A stretch of DNA of 44,628 nucleotides from an uncultured bacterium (GTDB taxonomy: Bacteria; UBA8481). A model generated the notes under the pieces. It did no database searches. It saw nothing but the letters and a program-made list of their open reading frames with translations, and was not told where the DNA came from. How positions within the stretch are numbered: the stretch's first letter is position 1; each line of letters starts with the position of its first letter. The translations under genes were made by a program, and so were the position numbers. The stretch lies in contig CAZCME010000014.1 in assembly GCA_964499705.1 (NCBI GenBank), positions 62,001-106,628 on the forward strand, in the 5' to 3' direction. Shown piece after piece: positions 35,878-44,628 of the stretch.

Positions 35878-36070
35878 GCTCTTCCATCACGCGCTTGAAA
35901 GATTCTCGCGCCACGTCCCTGCTGATTGTCCTCATAGGATGGATCACCAGTTGTCGACCGTCTGTTTCAATTTCCAAGGGCGTTTCCGGCGTGATATGAA
36001 GCGCATCCAGAATCGGCTTGTCGATCACAATCGCGTAGCTGTTGCCAACCTTTGTAAGTGTCTTGACCAT
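35846..36070 (-). CDS. AbrB/MazE/SpoVT-fold antitoxin
   Basis: MVKTLTKVGNSYAIVIDKPILDALHI...LEIETDGRQLVIHP...VFKRLAE; overlaps doc. Confidence 0.9.
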   Translation of the reverse strand: MVKTLTKVGNSYAIVIDKPILDALHITPETPLEIETDGRQLVIHPMRTISRDVARESFKRVMEEHAEVFKRLAE

Positions 36071-36105
36071 GACTAAGTTATAACATAGTGCTAACGGAGT
36101 TGCAA
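36071..36105 (-). promoter_or_regulatory. TA operon promoter with palindromic operator; probably leaderless
   Basis: TTGCAA, 17 bp, then TG-extended TATAAC 6 nt before the ATG. ACTAAGTTATAACATAGT (36072-36089) is 8/9 palindromic. Confidence 0.7.
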
Positions 36106-36129
36106 GGGGAGATTCCTCGCAAACCAAGG

Positions 36130-37134
36130 TCACTCCGGCAGTTCGCACTCCTTAACCTGGTGCCGGATCATCCACTGCGGATAAGGAAGTCGGTACGCGC
36201 TCGCCTCATTCAAGCGCTGCGTTTCTTCCGCGGAAAGAGTGATGGCGGCCGAAGCGATATTCTCCTGCAACTGCGCCAGGGTCTTCGCGCCGATGATGAC
36301 CGACGTGATCCCGGGTTGATTGCGCGTCCAGGCCAGGGCGATCTGTCCCGCGTTCACCTTGTGCACTCTCCCGATCTCGTCAAGCGCATCGAGTATCCGC
36401 TCGCCCTGAGCCATGTCCACCGGCAGAAATTCGCCGATGTGTCCCGCCAGTCTTCCATCCCCGCCCTTGCGATATTTCCCCGTGAGATATCCTCCCGCCA
36501 GCGGCGACCACGGAAGTATGCCAAGTCCCTGGTCGAGGCAGAGCGGAACAAGCTCCACTTCGATGTCGCGACACGTGAGCGCGTAGAAAGGCTGGAGCGT
36601 CACGAAGCGCGCCCAGCCGTTCCTGTCCTGCACTCCCAATGCCTTGGCCACCTGCCACGCGGCCCAGTTGGAGACGCCGATATAAAGCACCTTGCCCTGC
36701 CTGACGAGATCGTTCAGAGCGCCCAACGATTCCTCGAACGGCGTGACGGGATCCCATCCATGAATCTGATACAGGTCGATCCGGTCCGTCCCCAGCCTCT
36801 TCAAGCTGCGTTCGCACGACAACATGATGTGGCGGCGCGACAATCCGGCGTCGTTCGGATCGTTCGACATCCGGATCCTGCTTTTCGTCGCGATGACGGC
36901 GCGGTCACGTCTCCCCTTCAGCGCTTCTCCAAGAACAGTCTCCGATTCCCCGAACGCGTAAATGTCGGCCGTGTCGAAAAAGTTGACACCCTGGTCGAGC
37001 GCGCACGAGACGAATCCCGTGGCCTCCGAAACGCCGAGGCTCCCGACGCCCCACTGGTTCTTCCCGAATGTCATCGTGCCGATGCAGATCTCCGAAACGA
37101 GCGCGCCGGTGCGTCCCAGCGTCCGATATTTCAT
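36130..37134 (-). CDS. Aldo/keto reductase
   Basis: MKYRTLGRTG, GTMTFG, FFDTADIY, SLKRLGTDRIDLYQIH, IGVSN and PWSPLAGG. GGAGG RBS. Confidence 0.95.
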   Translation of the reverse strand: MKYRTLGRTGALVSEICIGTMTFGKNQWGVGSLGVSEATGFVSCALDQGVNFFDTADIYAFGESETVLGEALKGRRDRAVIATKSRIRMSNDPNDAGLSRRHIMLSCERSLKRLGTDRIDLYQIHGWDPVTPFEESLGALNDLVRQGKVLYIGVSNWAAWQVAKALGVQDRNGWARFVTLQPFYALTCRDIEVELVPLCLDQGLGILPWSPLAGGYLTGKYRKGGDGRLAGHIGEFLPVDMAQGERILDALDEIGRVHKVNAGQIALAWTRNQPGITSVIIGAKTLAQLQENIASAAITLSAEETQRLNEASAYRLPYPQWMIRHQVKECELPE

Positions 37135-37334
37135 GAAATCCTCCCTGTTGGATTGATGAACCGGATTCAGAATACCAGCGGCCTTCCCGCTTGACCAACG
37201 GGAAATCCCGTTTCACCGCGTGACTCGAGAGCCGACACGCGCCGCCTGGATTCTCTCAATTCACTCGCGCGCATAAATGCCCGCCCACCTCCCGTTTCGA
37301 GGTGAACGGGCCATCTTCAATATGGTCGCGGCCT

Positions 37335-38189
37335 CTATCGGGTCGGCGCGCTCCCTATGCTGACGTCTATGCTGACGCTGTTGTTGATTTCTGCCGTCTC
37401 GCCGATCTTGTTCCTCGGATCCACGACGACGGACAGCGTCTGGTCGCCCGCGATCTGCGGTCTCCAGTTCAAGTGGACATGGCGCGTTTTTCCGGCCGGG
37501 ATCGTCCCGATGGTGCGGATGATCTGCCGCTGTCCGTTCATGTAAACTGCCACTTCCACGTTCTTCGCGGACATCGTGCCGTGATTGCTGATATCAAGGT
37601 TGATGATCGATCCGCTCCGCCGCGCACGCGGTGTCGCTCCCGTCAGATACGGGTCACGGTCGAATTCCAGGTCGATGTCCCCGCTCTGCATGAGCATCGT
37701 CTGGTCGTCGAACCGGCTGGGCTTGGTCAGGAAGAGCAGTTCCGCCGTGCCCGCTTCGATCTCGATGACCCTGCGGGAGTTGATATTCAGCGTCAGGAAC
37801 GAAACGTTGTTCGCTTCGGACGCCTCCGCGAGACTTCCGCTGGGATCGACGATCGCTCTCAGCTCATACCGGGCCGCCGCCGTCGGTTTCCACGCGAACG
37901 TGAACTTGTGATCGAACGCGGACGGAAGTTCCGGGACCATGCTCGTGCCGATCAACTCCCCTTTCGCATACAGGCTGATGGGCACCGAAGACGCGGTCAC
38001 ATCGCCGTTGTTGCGGACCGTTCCCGTCACATGGACAACCTGCTCCCTTGTGAACTCCCCCGTCTTCTGCGTGACCACATCCAGCTTGAACGAGCTCGAA
38101 ACGGCCAGGTCGGGCTGCTGATTCTGAGCCGCAACCGGAACCGCCGCCGCCAGGGCCAGCACGCACAGGCATGAAATTATTTTGTTCAT
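37335..38189 (-). CDS. Secreted protein with two CARDB-like Ig domains
   Basis: Start ATG 38189 with AAGGAGG RBS; signal peptide ending AAA-VPVAA/Q. PDLAV...VRNNG...AIVDPSGSLAEASEANN and ISNHG...VVVDPRNKIGETAEINN. Confidence 0.82.
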   Translation of the reverse strand: MNKIISCLCVLALAAAVPVAAQNQQPDLAVSSSFKLDVVTQKTGEFTREQVVHVTGTVRNNGDVTASSVPISLYAKGELIGTSMVPELPSAFDHKFTFAWKPTAAARYELRAIVDPSGSLAEASEANNVSFLTLNINSRRVIEIEAGTAELLFLTKPSRFDDQTMLMQSGDIDLEFDRDPYLTGATPRARRSGSIINLDISNHGTMSAKNVEVAVYMNGQRQIIRTIGTIPAGKTRHVHLNWRPQIAGDQTLSVVVDPRNKIGETAEINNSVSIDVSIGSAPTR

Positions 38190-38224
38190 GGTGTTCCTCC
38201 TTTGAAAACTCCATGGAAATGAAC

Positions 38225-38240
38225 TGCAATGGACGTGCCT
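38225..38240 (-). promoter_or_regulatory. Sigma54 (-24/-12) promoter of the CARDB gene
   Basis: AGGCACG-TCCA-TTGCA against the consensus TGGCACG-N4-TTGCW, 35 nt upstream of the ATG. Confidence 0.7.
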
Positions 38241-38346
38241 CAAGGCGGAGTATGAAAGCATTGAACTATCGCGCCGCCGGCAGCCAATATCTGGTCGCGG
38301 ACGTCGACACGCCGCATGGTTATCGGGCGACGCCTCGTGAACGAAG

Positions 38347-39726
38347 CTAGATCTCCGCGCCTTCGGGAGGAAACTGGATCTGAGCCAGTTTCTCCGCCGG
38401 ATCGAGCGATGGCTCGAAGGCCAGCTCCACCGAGGAAACGCGGCTGACCCGGATCCGCATCCTTCGGATCGATCCCTGGTCCACGCCGTCGATGAAGGCG
38501 TTCAACGGTCGTTTCGCGGGATCGAGCGTGGAAAATTCCACCGTGGAATCGACCGGCAGGACGGCCGGCTGCCACGAGTGCGGCCGCAGGACATTCGATC
38601 CCACCAGAAGGAGCGCGGGCGTACCGAGCGGCAGCGACGCCGCTCCCATCGCTCGCGCATACGACGTGGATCCCGCCGATGTCGCGACCAGCACGCCGTC
38701 GGCGACCAGCTGCTGGAGCCGTACCTGGCCGTTCACCTTCACTTCGATCCACGCCGTCTGGCCGGTCGCCCGCTCGACCCAGGCGTCGTTGAACGCGTGA
38801 GATCCCGACGCCGTTCCGTCCTCCCGTTCCATCTCCACCCAGAGAAGCGGCAGATTCTGCAGGATGACTTCCGAGCCTTGAAACTCCCCGGGCGAAGATT
38901 GATTCAGGAGAAATCCACGATGGCCCGCGTTCACGCCGAAAAACGGAAGTCGCCGCCGCCATTCCCTCCGAATCGCCCGGAGCATCGCGCCATCACCACC
39001 GACGACGACGATCATGTTCGGGTCATCGCTGTCCCGTAGTCCCAGGTCCGCTGCCCGCTGAACGGCCTTCGGATTGCCTTCGTCCACCAGCACCATCGGG
39101 CGGATGTCATCCAGGGCGAGCCGGATCACGCGCGGAGGAATTCGCCCTCGATAGAGTTCATGCCGCTCGATGTAATCTCCGATCGAAGGCGTCACCATGT
39201 CCGTGACGGGCTTGTGCTGATAGACGCGCTCGCGGATGATCCTGCTGTCTCCGCCGATATCCACGGAGAGCATCATGTGCCGCGGCGGCAGTTTGTCCGG
39301 ATCGAGGATTTCGCCCGGCAGCTGGATGACGACGAACCGGCAGTCGGCCCAGACTTCCTCGCCGCGCGCCCATTCCCTGAGAATGACGTTCGGCTCATCC
39401 GGCCGGGACGCCAGGAGCGATGACGAGACGACGTGCCAGGCTTCGCCCTCCCCCCTGTATCGCTCGTCCAGCTCGTGCGTCCGTGAAAATACGCCAAGCT
39501 CCAGGTCGAAGAGATCGACCCGCACGCGGTCGATTCCGCGGAACGCGAGATCAACCATCGCGGCGCGATGGGCGGACGGGACGTCGTTGGTCACGGGCTT
39601 GTCCGGACGCGGTCCGCACGGGACGACGATCACCTGGTCGAAATGCCGCGCCAGCACTTCGGCCGTCGCGCGATGATGAATTCCGGGCGGATTAAAGCTG
39701 CCGCCGAATACCGCGATGCGTTTCAC
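38347..39726 (-). CDS. Fused NadD-like nucleotidyltransferase and NAD kinase
   Basis: N-half: IAVFGGSFNPP, HRAAMVDLA, YIERHELY. C-half: VVGGDGAML, GVNAGHRGFL, AFND and ADGVLVATSAGSTSYARAMG. Confidence 0.88.
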   Translation of the reverse strand: MKRIAVFGGSFNPPGIHHRATAEVLARHFDQVIVVPCGPRPDKPVTNDVPSAHRAAMVDLAFRGIDRVRVDLFDLELGVFSRTHELDERYRGEGEAWHVVSSSLLASRPDEPNVILREWARGEEVWADCRFVVIQLPGEILDPDKLPPRHMMLSVDIGGDSRIIRERVYQHKPVTDMVTPSIGDYIERHELYRGRIPPRVIRLALDDIRPMVLVDEGNPKAVQRAADLGLRDSDDPNMIVVVGGDGAMLRAIRREWRRRLPFFGVNAGHRGFLLNQSSPGEFQGSEVILQNLPLLWVEMEREDGTASGSHAFNDAWVERATGQTAWIEVKVNGQVRLQQLVADGVLVATSAGSTSYARAMGAASLPLGTPALLLVGSNVLRPHSWQPAVLPVDSTVEFSTLDPAKRPLNAFIDGVDQGSIRRMRIRVSRVSSVELAFEPSLDPAEKLAQIQFPPEGAEI

Positions 39727-39742
39727 GTTCGAATGTCCCTCT

Positions 39743-41197
39743 TCATTTCCGCGCCGCCCGGATAAGTCTCGTCCTCATCTCATGCAGGCTTTTTTCCAGC
39801 CCCACGGGATATTGATGAGGATTGAGAAAGCGCTTCACTCCCCCGTGGAACCGGGCCAGCTCGGCGATGGCGCACGCGCGGGCCTCCGTCGCGGACGGTG
39901 TCTCATAGACACATTCGCCCGCACGGAAGATCGGCCGGAGGAGATCACGGTGCCGCGTCGCGCCGGAGAGTTGCTTCGTGCGTGACGCATCCGCGGGATC
40001 CACGATCGCGGGTTTCTCGTCCGGAGGTTGAATTTCATCGTAGATCATGTCCATCAGCACTTCCTTGTCGTTCTCGAATCGCCGCACCTGGAGCATTCCG
40101 GGATTGGATATTTTCTCGTTCTGCTCGGACAATTTCAACGTGTATCGCCAGGGTTCCCCCGGAGCGCGGATCGCGCCCAGCTTGTAGACTCCGCCCAGCG
40201 CCGGTTGATCGTACGCTGTGGCGAGCCTCGTGCCGACTCCCCACACCGCGATCTTCGCTCCCTGTTCCTTCAGCGTGGCGATGATCTCCTCGGAGAGATC
40301 GTTCGTCGCCACGATGACGGCATCCTCGAATCCGCCCTCGTCGAGAATCTTCCGCGCCTCGATGGACAGATACGCGAGATCGCCCGAATCAAGCCTGATG
40401 CCGGCCATCCGGAAACCGCGGTCGCGCAGCTTCTTTCCCGCGATGACGGCCTTCCGCACTCCCTCCAGCGTGTCATAGGTGTCCACGAGAAAGACGCAGT
40501 TGTTCGGCATCGCCTCCGCGTATTTCTCGAAGGACTCCAGTTCATCCTCGAAGGACATCACCCACGAATGCGCATGCGTGCCGCGAACGGGGATTCCGTG
40601 GAGCTTGCCCGCCAGCACGTTCGATGTCGCGGCGCATCCTCCGACGTACGCCGCCCGGCTCGCCGTCACGGCGCCGTCGATGCCGTGCGCGCGCCGGAGC
40701 CCGAACTCGAGCACCGGCTCGTCCCGCGCCGCTCCGCAGATCCGAGACGCTTTCGTCGCGATGAGCGTCTGGAAGTTGATCATGTTGAGGAGAGGCGTCT
40801 CCAGAAGCTGGCACGCGATGATGGGGCCCCTGACGCGGACGAGCGGTTCGTGGGGAAAGACTACAGTCCCTTCGGGAATCGCGTCGATGTCGCATTCGAG
40901 CCGCAGTGTCGCGAGATATTCGAGGAAGCGCGGTTCCAGAAGAGGCCTCCCATCATTTCCGGAAAGCGTCGCCAGATAATGAAGATCGTCTTCTCCGAAG
41001 CGGAAATCTTTCAGAAACTCGATGAGCGAGGAGAGGCCGCAGGCGATGGCGTAACCGCCCTTGAACGGATTATGCCTGAAGGTCATGTGGAAGACGGCTT
41101 CCTTGACGTGAGTCCCGGTCTTCCAGTACGCGCAGGCCATGGTGAGCTGATACAGATCCGTCAGGAGCGCCAGCGAAGCGCGATAGAGCGGATTCAT
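39743..41197 (-). CDS. pncB: Nicotinate phosphoribosyltransferase
   Basis: [42 protein letters not shown] and LGGVYKL. Start ATG 41197 (ATGA overlap). Confidence 0.95.
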   Translation of the reverse strand: MNPLYRASLALLTDLYQLTMACAYWKTGTHVKEAVFHMTFRHNPFKGGYAIACGLSSLIEFLKDFRFGEDDLHYLATLSGNDGRPLLEPRFLEYLATLRLECDIDAIPEGTVVFPHEPLVRVRGPIIACQLLETPLLNMINFQTLIATKASRICGAARDEPVLEFGLRRAHGIDGAVTASRAAYVGGCAATSNVLAGKLHGIPVRGTHAHSWVMSFEDELESFEKYAEAMPNNCVFLVDTYDTLEGVRKAVIAGKKLRDRGFRMAGIRLDSGDLAYLSIEARKILDEGGFEDAVIVATNDLSEEIIATLKEQGAKIAVWGVGTRLATAYDQPALGGVYKLGAIRAPGEPWRYTLKLSEQNEKISNPGMLQVRRFENDKEVLMDMIYDEIQPPDEKPAIVDPADASRTKQLSGATRHRDLLRPIFRAGECVYETPSATEARACAIAELARFHGGVKRFLNPHQYPVGLEKSLHEMRTRLIRAARK

Positions 41198-42237
41198 GTC
41201 GCCTCCGGCACGGCAAGGCCCGGCCACTCGGCCAGCGGCATGTCGGATCGGACAAGATTCATTCCCGCGTCTGAAAATCTCCGGAACGCCCTGTCCGCAT
41301 CATCCGTGTAATCGACGACGCCGGGAACAACGACGGGTGATGTGCAGTCTTCGAGAATGTAGACCTTCCGCGCAAGCGCTCGGTCCTCGTGCTCGATCTC
41401 GTTCAGGAGGTCGGCGATCGTCCACGCGACGCAATGGCTCTTGGCTTGCCCCGCGATGATGACGGCGTCGAATTCCAGGAGCTTCCTGATGAGGCCTTCG
41501 TTCCTGTCGGCGACCGGCATTCCGTCGGCGCCTTCCATGACTTCGGGACGCAGGACGGAATAATTCTCCGTGAGGGGATTGTCGCCCTTGACCTGGAATC
41601 CCGTCCGACTGAACCGGGCGATTCCATGGAAGAAGATCGCTTCCTCCATGACGGACACGAGAGCATGACCAATCCCGCCGAACATGGCGTGATACGGCCA
41701 GATCATCAGCTGATACTTCCCGCCCTCCGCGAGTGCTCTGCAATAGTGCCGGAGATGATCCTGCAGAGCGGATACATCGCCATCGGCGAGAATCCCGGCG
41801 ACGGCGGGATCGACTTTCCATCTCCCGCTGTCGATATCCTCCAGGGAAACCGACGTCAGAGGAGCAGGATTTTCTCCGGCATCATTGACGAGAAACGAGG
41901 GATGAAAGATCTGGAAAGCCGTGTGCGTGTCCATGGTCGGAGAAATCTCCGTGATGATCCCGAGATGGCGATAGATGAATTCGCAGAGCCGTACGTTGTC
42001 GTCGATCGCGCCCCGTCCGGATCGCCCTCCGACGAAAAGCTCGAACTCCGGAAGGCAGAATGTGTTCTGCACGTCGATCGGCATGAGACAGATCCGGAAC
42101 CTGTCCTGCGCGGCCGGTCGTAGATCGTGGCGGCAGGCCCAGGCTCGCGCGCCGATCGCGCGCTCCTGGTACGGCACGCGCCAAATCCGGCTGGCCGACG
42201 TCGCGTCGAAATGCGGGGGGATGGGTAACTCCTTCAT
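41194..42237 (-). CDS. pncA: Isochorismatase-fold cysteine hydrolase, probable long-form nicotinamidase
   Basis: IDVQNTF, MDTH, IWPYH, VKGDNP and GQAKSHCV (Asp-Lys-Cys triad); directly upstream of pncB. Start ATG 42237. Confidence 0.75.
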   Translation of the reverse strand: MKELPIPPHFDATSASRIWRVPYQERAIGARAWACRHDLRPAAQDRFRICLMPIDVQNTFCLPEFELFVGGRSGRGAIDDNVRLCEFIYRHLGIITEISPTMDTHTAFQIFHPSFLVNDAGENPAPLTSVSLEDIDSGRWKVDPAVAGILADGDVSALQDHLRHYCRALAEGGKYQLMIWPYHAMFGGIGHALVSVMEEAIFFHGIARFSRTGFQVKGDNPLTENYSVLRPEVMEGADGMPVADRNEGLIRKLLEFDAVIIAGQAKSHCVAWTIADLLNEIEHEDRALARKVYILEDCTSPVVVPGVVDYTDDADRAFRRFSDAGMNLVRSDMPLAEWPGLAVPEAT

Positions 42238-42337
42238 GAGCCGCCTCCACCCCATTTTACCAGCTGCCTTGCAGCGCGCGCGAACACGGCGTGAAGGAAG
42301 GATGTGATAAAGAGAGCGCGAGGAGGTCGCGACTTTT

Positions 42338-43543
42338 CTATCGGACCTGGTCCTTGCCCGAGGCTTTCGCGGTATAGAGGAGCTGATCGGCGCGGCCGAT
42401 GATTTCATCGTAGGTAAAGCCGTCCTCGGGGCAGTGCGCGATGCCGCAGGAAATCGTGACCCGGCCGCCGGGCTGGTTCTCCATGCCCACGAAGGGCGCG
42501 CGCCGGACGGCGTCGCAGAGCTTCTGAGCGGCAATCCGGGCTCCTTCGCGATTCGTTTCCGGAAGGAGAACCACGAACTCCTCGCCGCCGTAACGCGCCG
42601 GAAAGTCGATGCTCCGGACGTTGCTCCTGATAAGCCGCGCGAGGTCGATGAGCGCCTTGTTGCCGGTCAGGTGTCCGTTCCGGTCGTTGAAGTTCTTGAA
42701 GTAATCGATGTCGATCATCAGCGTGGAGAAATTGCGGCTGTAACGCTTGGCGCGGTACAGTTCCTCGTGGAGCTTTTCCTTCAGGTGCCGGAAATTATAG
42801 AGGCCGGTCAGTTCATCGACGATGGAAAGTTTCTCCGTGTCCTCGTATTTCTGCGCGGCGATGACGGAGGATCCGGCGAAGTCGCAGAGCGTCTGGAGCG
42901 TGATGACGTCCTCGTCGAAGATGACGCGCTGGGAGTAGAAGTTATCCGCGACGATGACGCCGATCTCCTTGCCGCGGCAGAGGATCGGAGCGGCGATGAA
43001 TTCGGAACCGAGATGCTCCGCGAGCGCCTCGATGCCGTTGAAATCCTCCGGGCGCGCGTGGCGGACGATGAAGGCGCGGCGCCGCTCCAGCGCTTCCGTC
43101 AGGATGTTCGGCACGGAGAGATCGCACGTCATGGAACTGACGACGGTGTGGAGGCGATTATTGATCTCCAGGTTGTTCCGGTAGAACTCCTCGATGTAGA
43201 ACTCGAATCCGAATTTCTTCTCGGTCGCTTCCCCGTAGAAGCGTTTCATCTCCTCGAGGCTGTCCGGAGCCACGGCCATCTGGCCGCGAAGGACCGGAGC
43301 GTCCTGGTCGGTGAGAAAGATCATGGCGCGATTGAAGCCGAGTCCCGCCTCGGCGGTGACTCCGGTCAGGATGACGAAGGAAACCTCGCGAGTCCGGAGC
43401 GAGGCGCGCATGTTGGCGTTGATCTTGTTCAGGAGGCGAATGTTGTGGTCCTTGAAGTAGAGCTCCTTGCGCAACCGGAAATTCTCGATCTCCAGTTCCG
43501 ACATCCTGCTCTGACGCTCGTCGATCTCCTGCACCACTCCCAT
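42338..43543 (-). CDS. Cytoplasmic GAF-GGDEF diguanylate cyclase
   Basis: GLGFNRAMIFL GAF region, IGVIVADN, VDELTGLYN, DIDYFKNFND, and RSID I-site plus RYGGEEF. GGAGGAG RBS. Confidence 0.93.
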   Translation of the reverse strand: MGVVQEIDERQSRMSELEIENFRLRKELYFKDHNIRLLNKINANMRASLRTREVSFVILTGVTAEAGLGFNRAMIFLTDQDAPVLRGQMAVAPDSLEEMKRFYGEATEKKFGFEFYIEEFYRNNLEINNRLHTVVSSMTCDLSVPNILTEALERRRAFIVRHARPEDFNGIEALAEHLGSEFIAAPILCRGKEIGVIVADNFYSQRVIFDEDVITLQTLCDFAGSSVIAAQKYEDTEKLSIVDELTGLYNFRHLKEKLHEELYRAKRYSRNFSTLMIDIDYFKNFNDRNGHLTGNKALIDLARLIRSNVRSIDFPARYGGEEFVVLLPETNREGARIAAQKLCDAVRRAPFVGMENQPGGRVTISCGIAHCPEDGFTYDEIIGRADQLLYTAKASGKDQVR

Positions 43544-43639
43544 GGCGACTCCTCCGGTGTGAGTCCTTCACTCCTTCGCGCGCATTTCGAGGACCTTCGA
43601 GACGCGTGTCGGGAGAGCGCCTGAGACCGTACCGACCCC

Positions 43640-43806
43640 GGCAAACGTTTGCAAGCGATTTTGCGTAATTTTTTACACATTTTAATGAACTTCCGCCTTG
43701 ACGCCCATCCGTCGAAAAGCCTACACTTGGGTTTCGCAAACGTTTGCAAAGCCTTTTACGCGCCGCCTCCCGGCCCAGAACACGAGCGGGAATGCAAACG
43801 TTTGCA
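43640..43806. promoter_or_regulatory. Three LacI-type operators and the lacI-2 promoter in a divergent intergenic region
   Basis: GGCAAACGTTTGCA (43640-43653), CGCAAACGTTTGCA (43735-43748) and TGCAAACGTTTGCA (43793-43806); TTGACG (43698-43703), 18 bp, TACACT (43722-43727). Confidence 0.82.
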
Positions 43807-43831
43807 CGAGGAACGACCCGGAGGTCAGGCA

Positions 43832-44628
43832 GTGGTAACGATACGGGAAATCGCGGAAAATGTGGGCGTGACGGTCTCCACCGTTTCACGGGCCCTGGCG
43901 GGTCATCCCGGCCTCCGGGCGGAAACCGTTCTGCGCGTGACAAAGGAAGCCCAGCGTCTCGGCTACACACCCAACCTCATGGCCCGCGGTCTCGTCCAGA
44001 AAAAATCCGGCATGATCGGAGTCGCCCTCCCCTCCCTCGACTACGCCCACGGCGACTTCTTCACGCAGCTCCTCATCGGAATCGAAAAGCGCGCCGCCGC
44101 CCTGAAATACATGCTCCTCCTCTTCCCCTATCTCGAGCTCGAAGGCGCCAACATGATGCAGCAGTCCCTCCTCGACGGCATCATGATCATCGGGCCGATG
44201 GAACTCTCCCGCTTCGAGTCGATCCACTTCGTCAAGCCGCTCGTCGTTCTCGATCAGAAACTCCCGGGCGTTCATTCCATTGTCTCCGCGAATGTCGACG
44301 GAGCCGGACAGGCGGTGCGGCACCTGGTGGAGCTCGGTCATCGGCGCCTTCTTTTCCTCGGCGGACCCCGCGAGCATCCCACGGTCCAGCAGCGCATGAA
44401 GGGTTTTCTCGAGGCCGGCCGCAAGTCAGGCGATGACATGCATCAGAAATGCATCTTCTCGGACTGGACGAATTTCAGCGCGGGTGGGGAGATGGTCATC
44501 CGCGAAATCGCGGCCGGCGAAAAATTCACCGCCGTCGTCGCCGCCAATGACGCGCTCGCCATCAGCGCGAGCCTGGCTCTCCAGGAGCACGGCTATCACG
44601 TTCCGCGCGATTATTCCGTCGTCGGTTT
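43832..44628 (+). CDS. LacI-family transcriptional regulator (3' end outside the window)
   Basis: Read manually, not in the ORF track. GGAGG RBS and GTG 43832: MVTIREIAENVGVTVSTVSRAL...GYTPNLMARGL...AANDALA...VPRDYSVVG. Confidence 0.93.
   Translation, partial: MVTIREIAENVGVTVSTVSRALAGHPGLRAETVLRVTKEAQRLGYTPNLMARGLVQKKSGMIGVALPSLDYAHGDFFTQLLIGIEKRAAALKYMLLLFPYLELEGANMMQQSLLDGIMIIGPMELSRFESIHFVKPLVVLDQKLPGVHSIVSANVDGAGQAVRHLVELGHRRLLFLGGPREHPTVQQRMKGFLEAGRKSGDDMHQKCIFSDWTNFSAGGEMVIREIAAGEKFTAVVAANDALAISASLALQEHGYHVPRDYSVVG

Noticed and set aside
37135-37334. Hairpin AACGGGAAATCCCGTT near 37197-37212 as a riboswitch or terminator
   Set aside because: The stem is short, and I recognise no riboswitch consensus.
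38347-42237. Phage-type NAD reconstitution or anti-phage defence island
   Set aside because: No phage, integrase or defence genes are nearby apart from one TA pair, and composition resembles the host genes.
1-44628. tRNA, rRNA, transposases and integrases
   Set aside because: None recognised; intergenic gaps are short and explained by promoters.

Overview
GC-rich bacterial DNA, almost fully coding. Most of the window (about 1-35.5 kb, plus the regulator at the right end) looks like a large glucan-handling locus, probably for beta-1,3-glucan. It holds two glycoside phosphorylases (GH161-like and GH94), three clan GH-A-type glucanase candidates (GH158-like, a GH50-like lipoprotein with a CBM11-like tail, and a 2017-aa secreted GH157-like protein with 8 FN3/Ig repeats and a FlgD-Ig/T9SS-like C-terminus) and a GH2. 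It also holds two CUT1 sugar ABC systems (one with a binding-protein/permease fusion) that share a single MalK-type ATPase, and two paralogous LacI repressors. A palindrome TGCAAnCGnTTGCA recurs at four promoter regions, two of which control or face diguanylate cyclases. Interspersed are a pilGHI/xap-like ABC-TPR cassette with a GT-C glycosyltransferase, an orphan adk, an AbrB/Doc toxin-antitoxin pair, an aldo-keto reductase, a sigma54-driven CARDB protein and an NAD salvage operon ending in a NadD-NadK fusion. All family assignments come from motifs recognised by eye; no database search was run.
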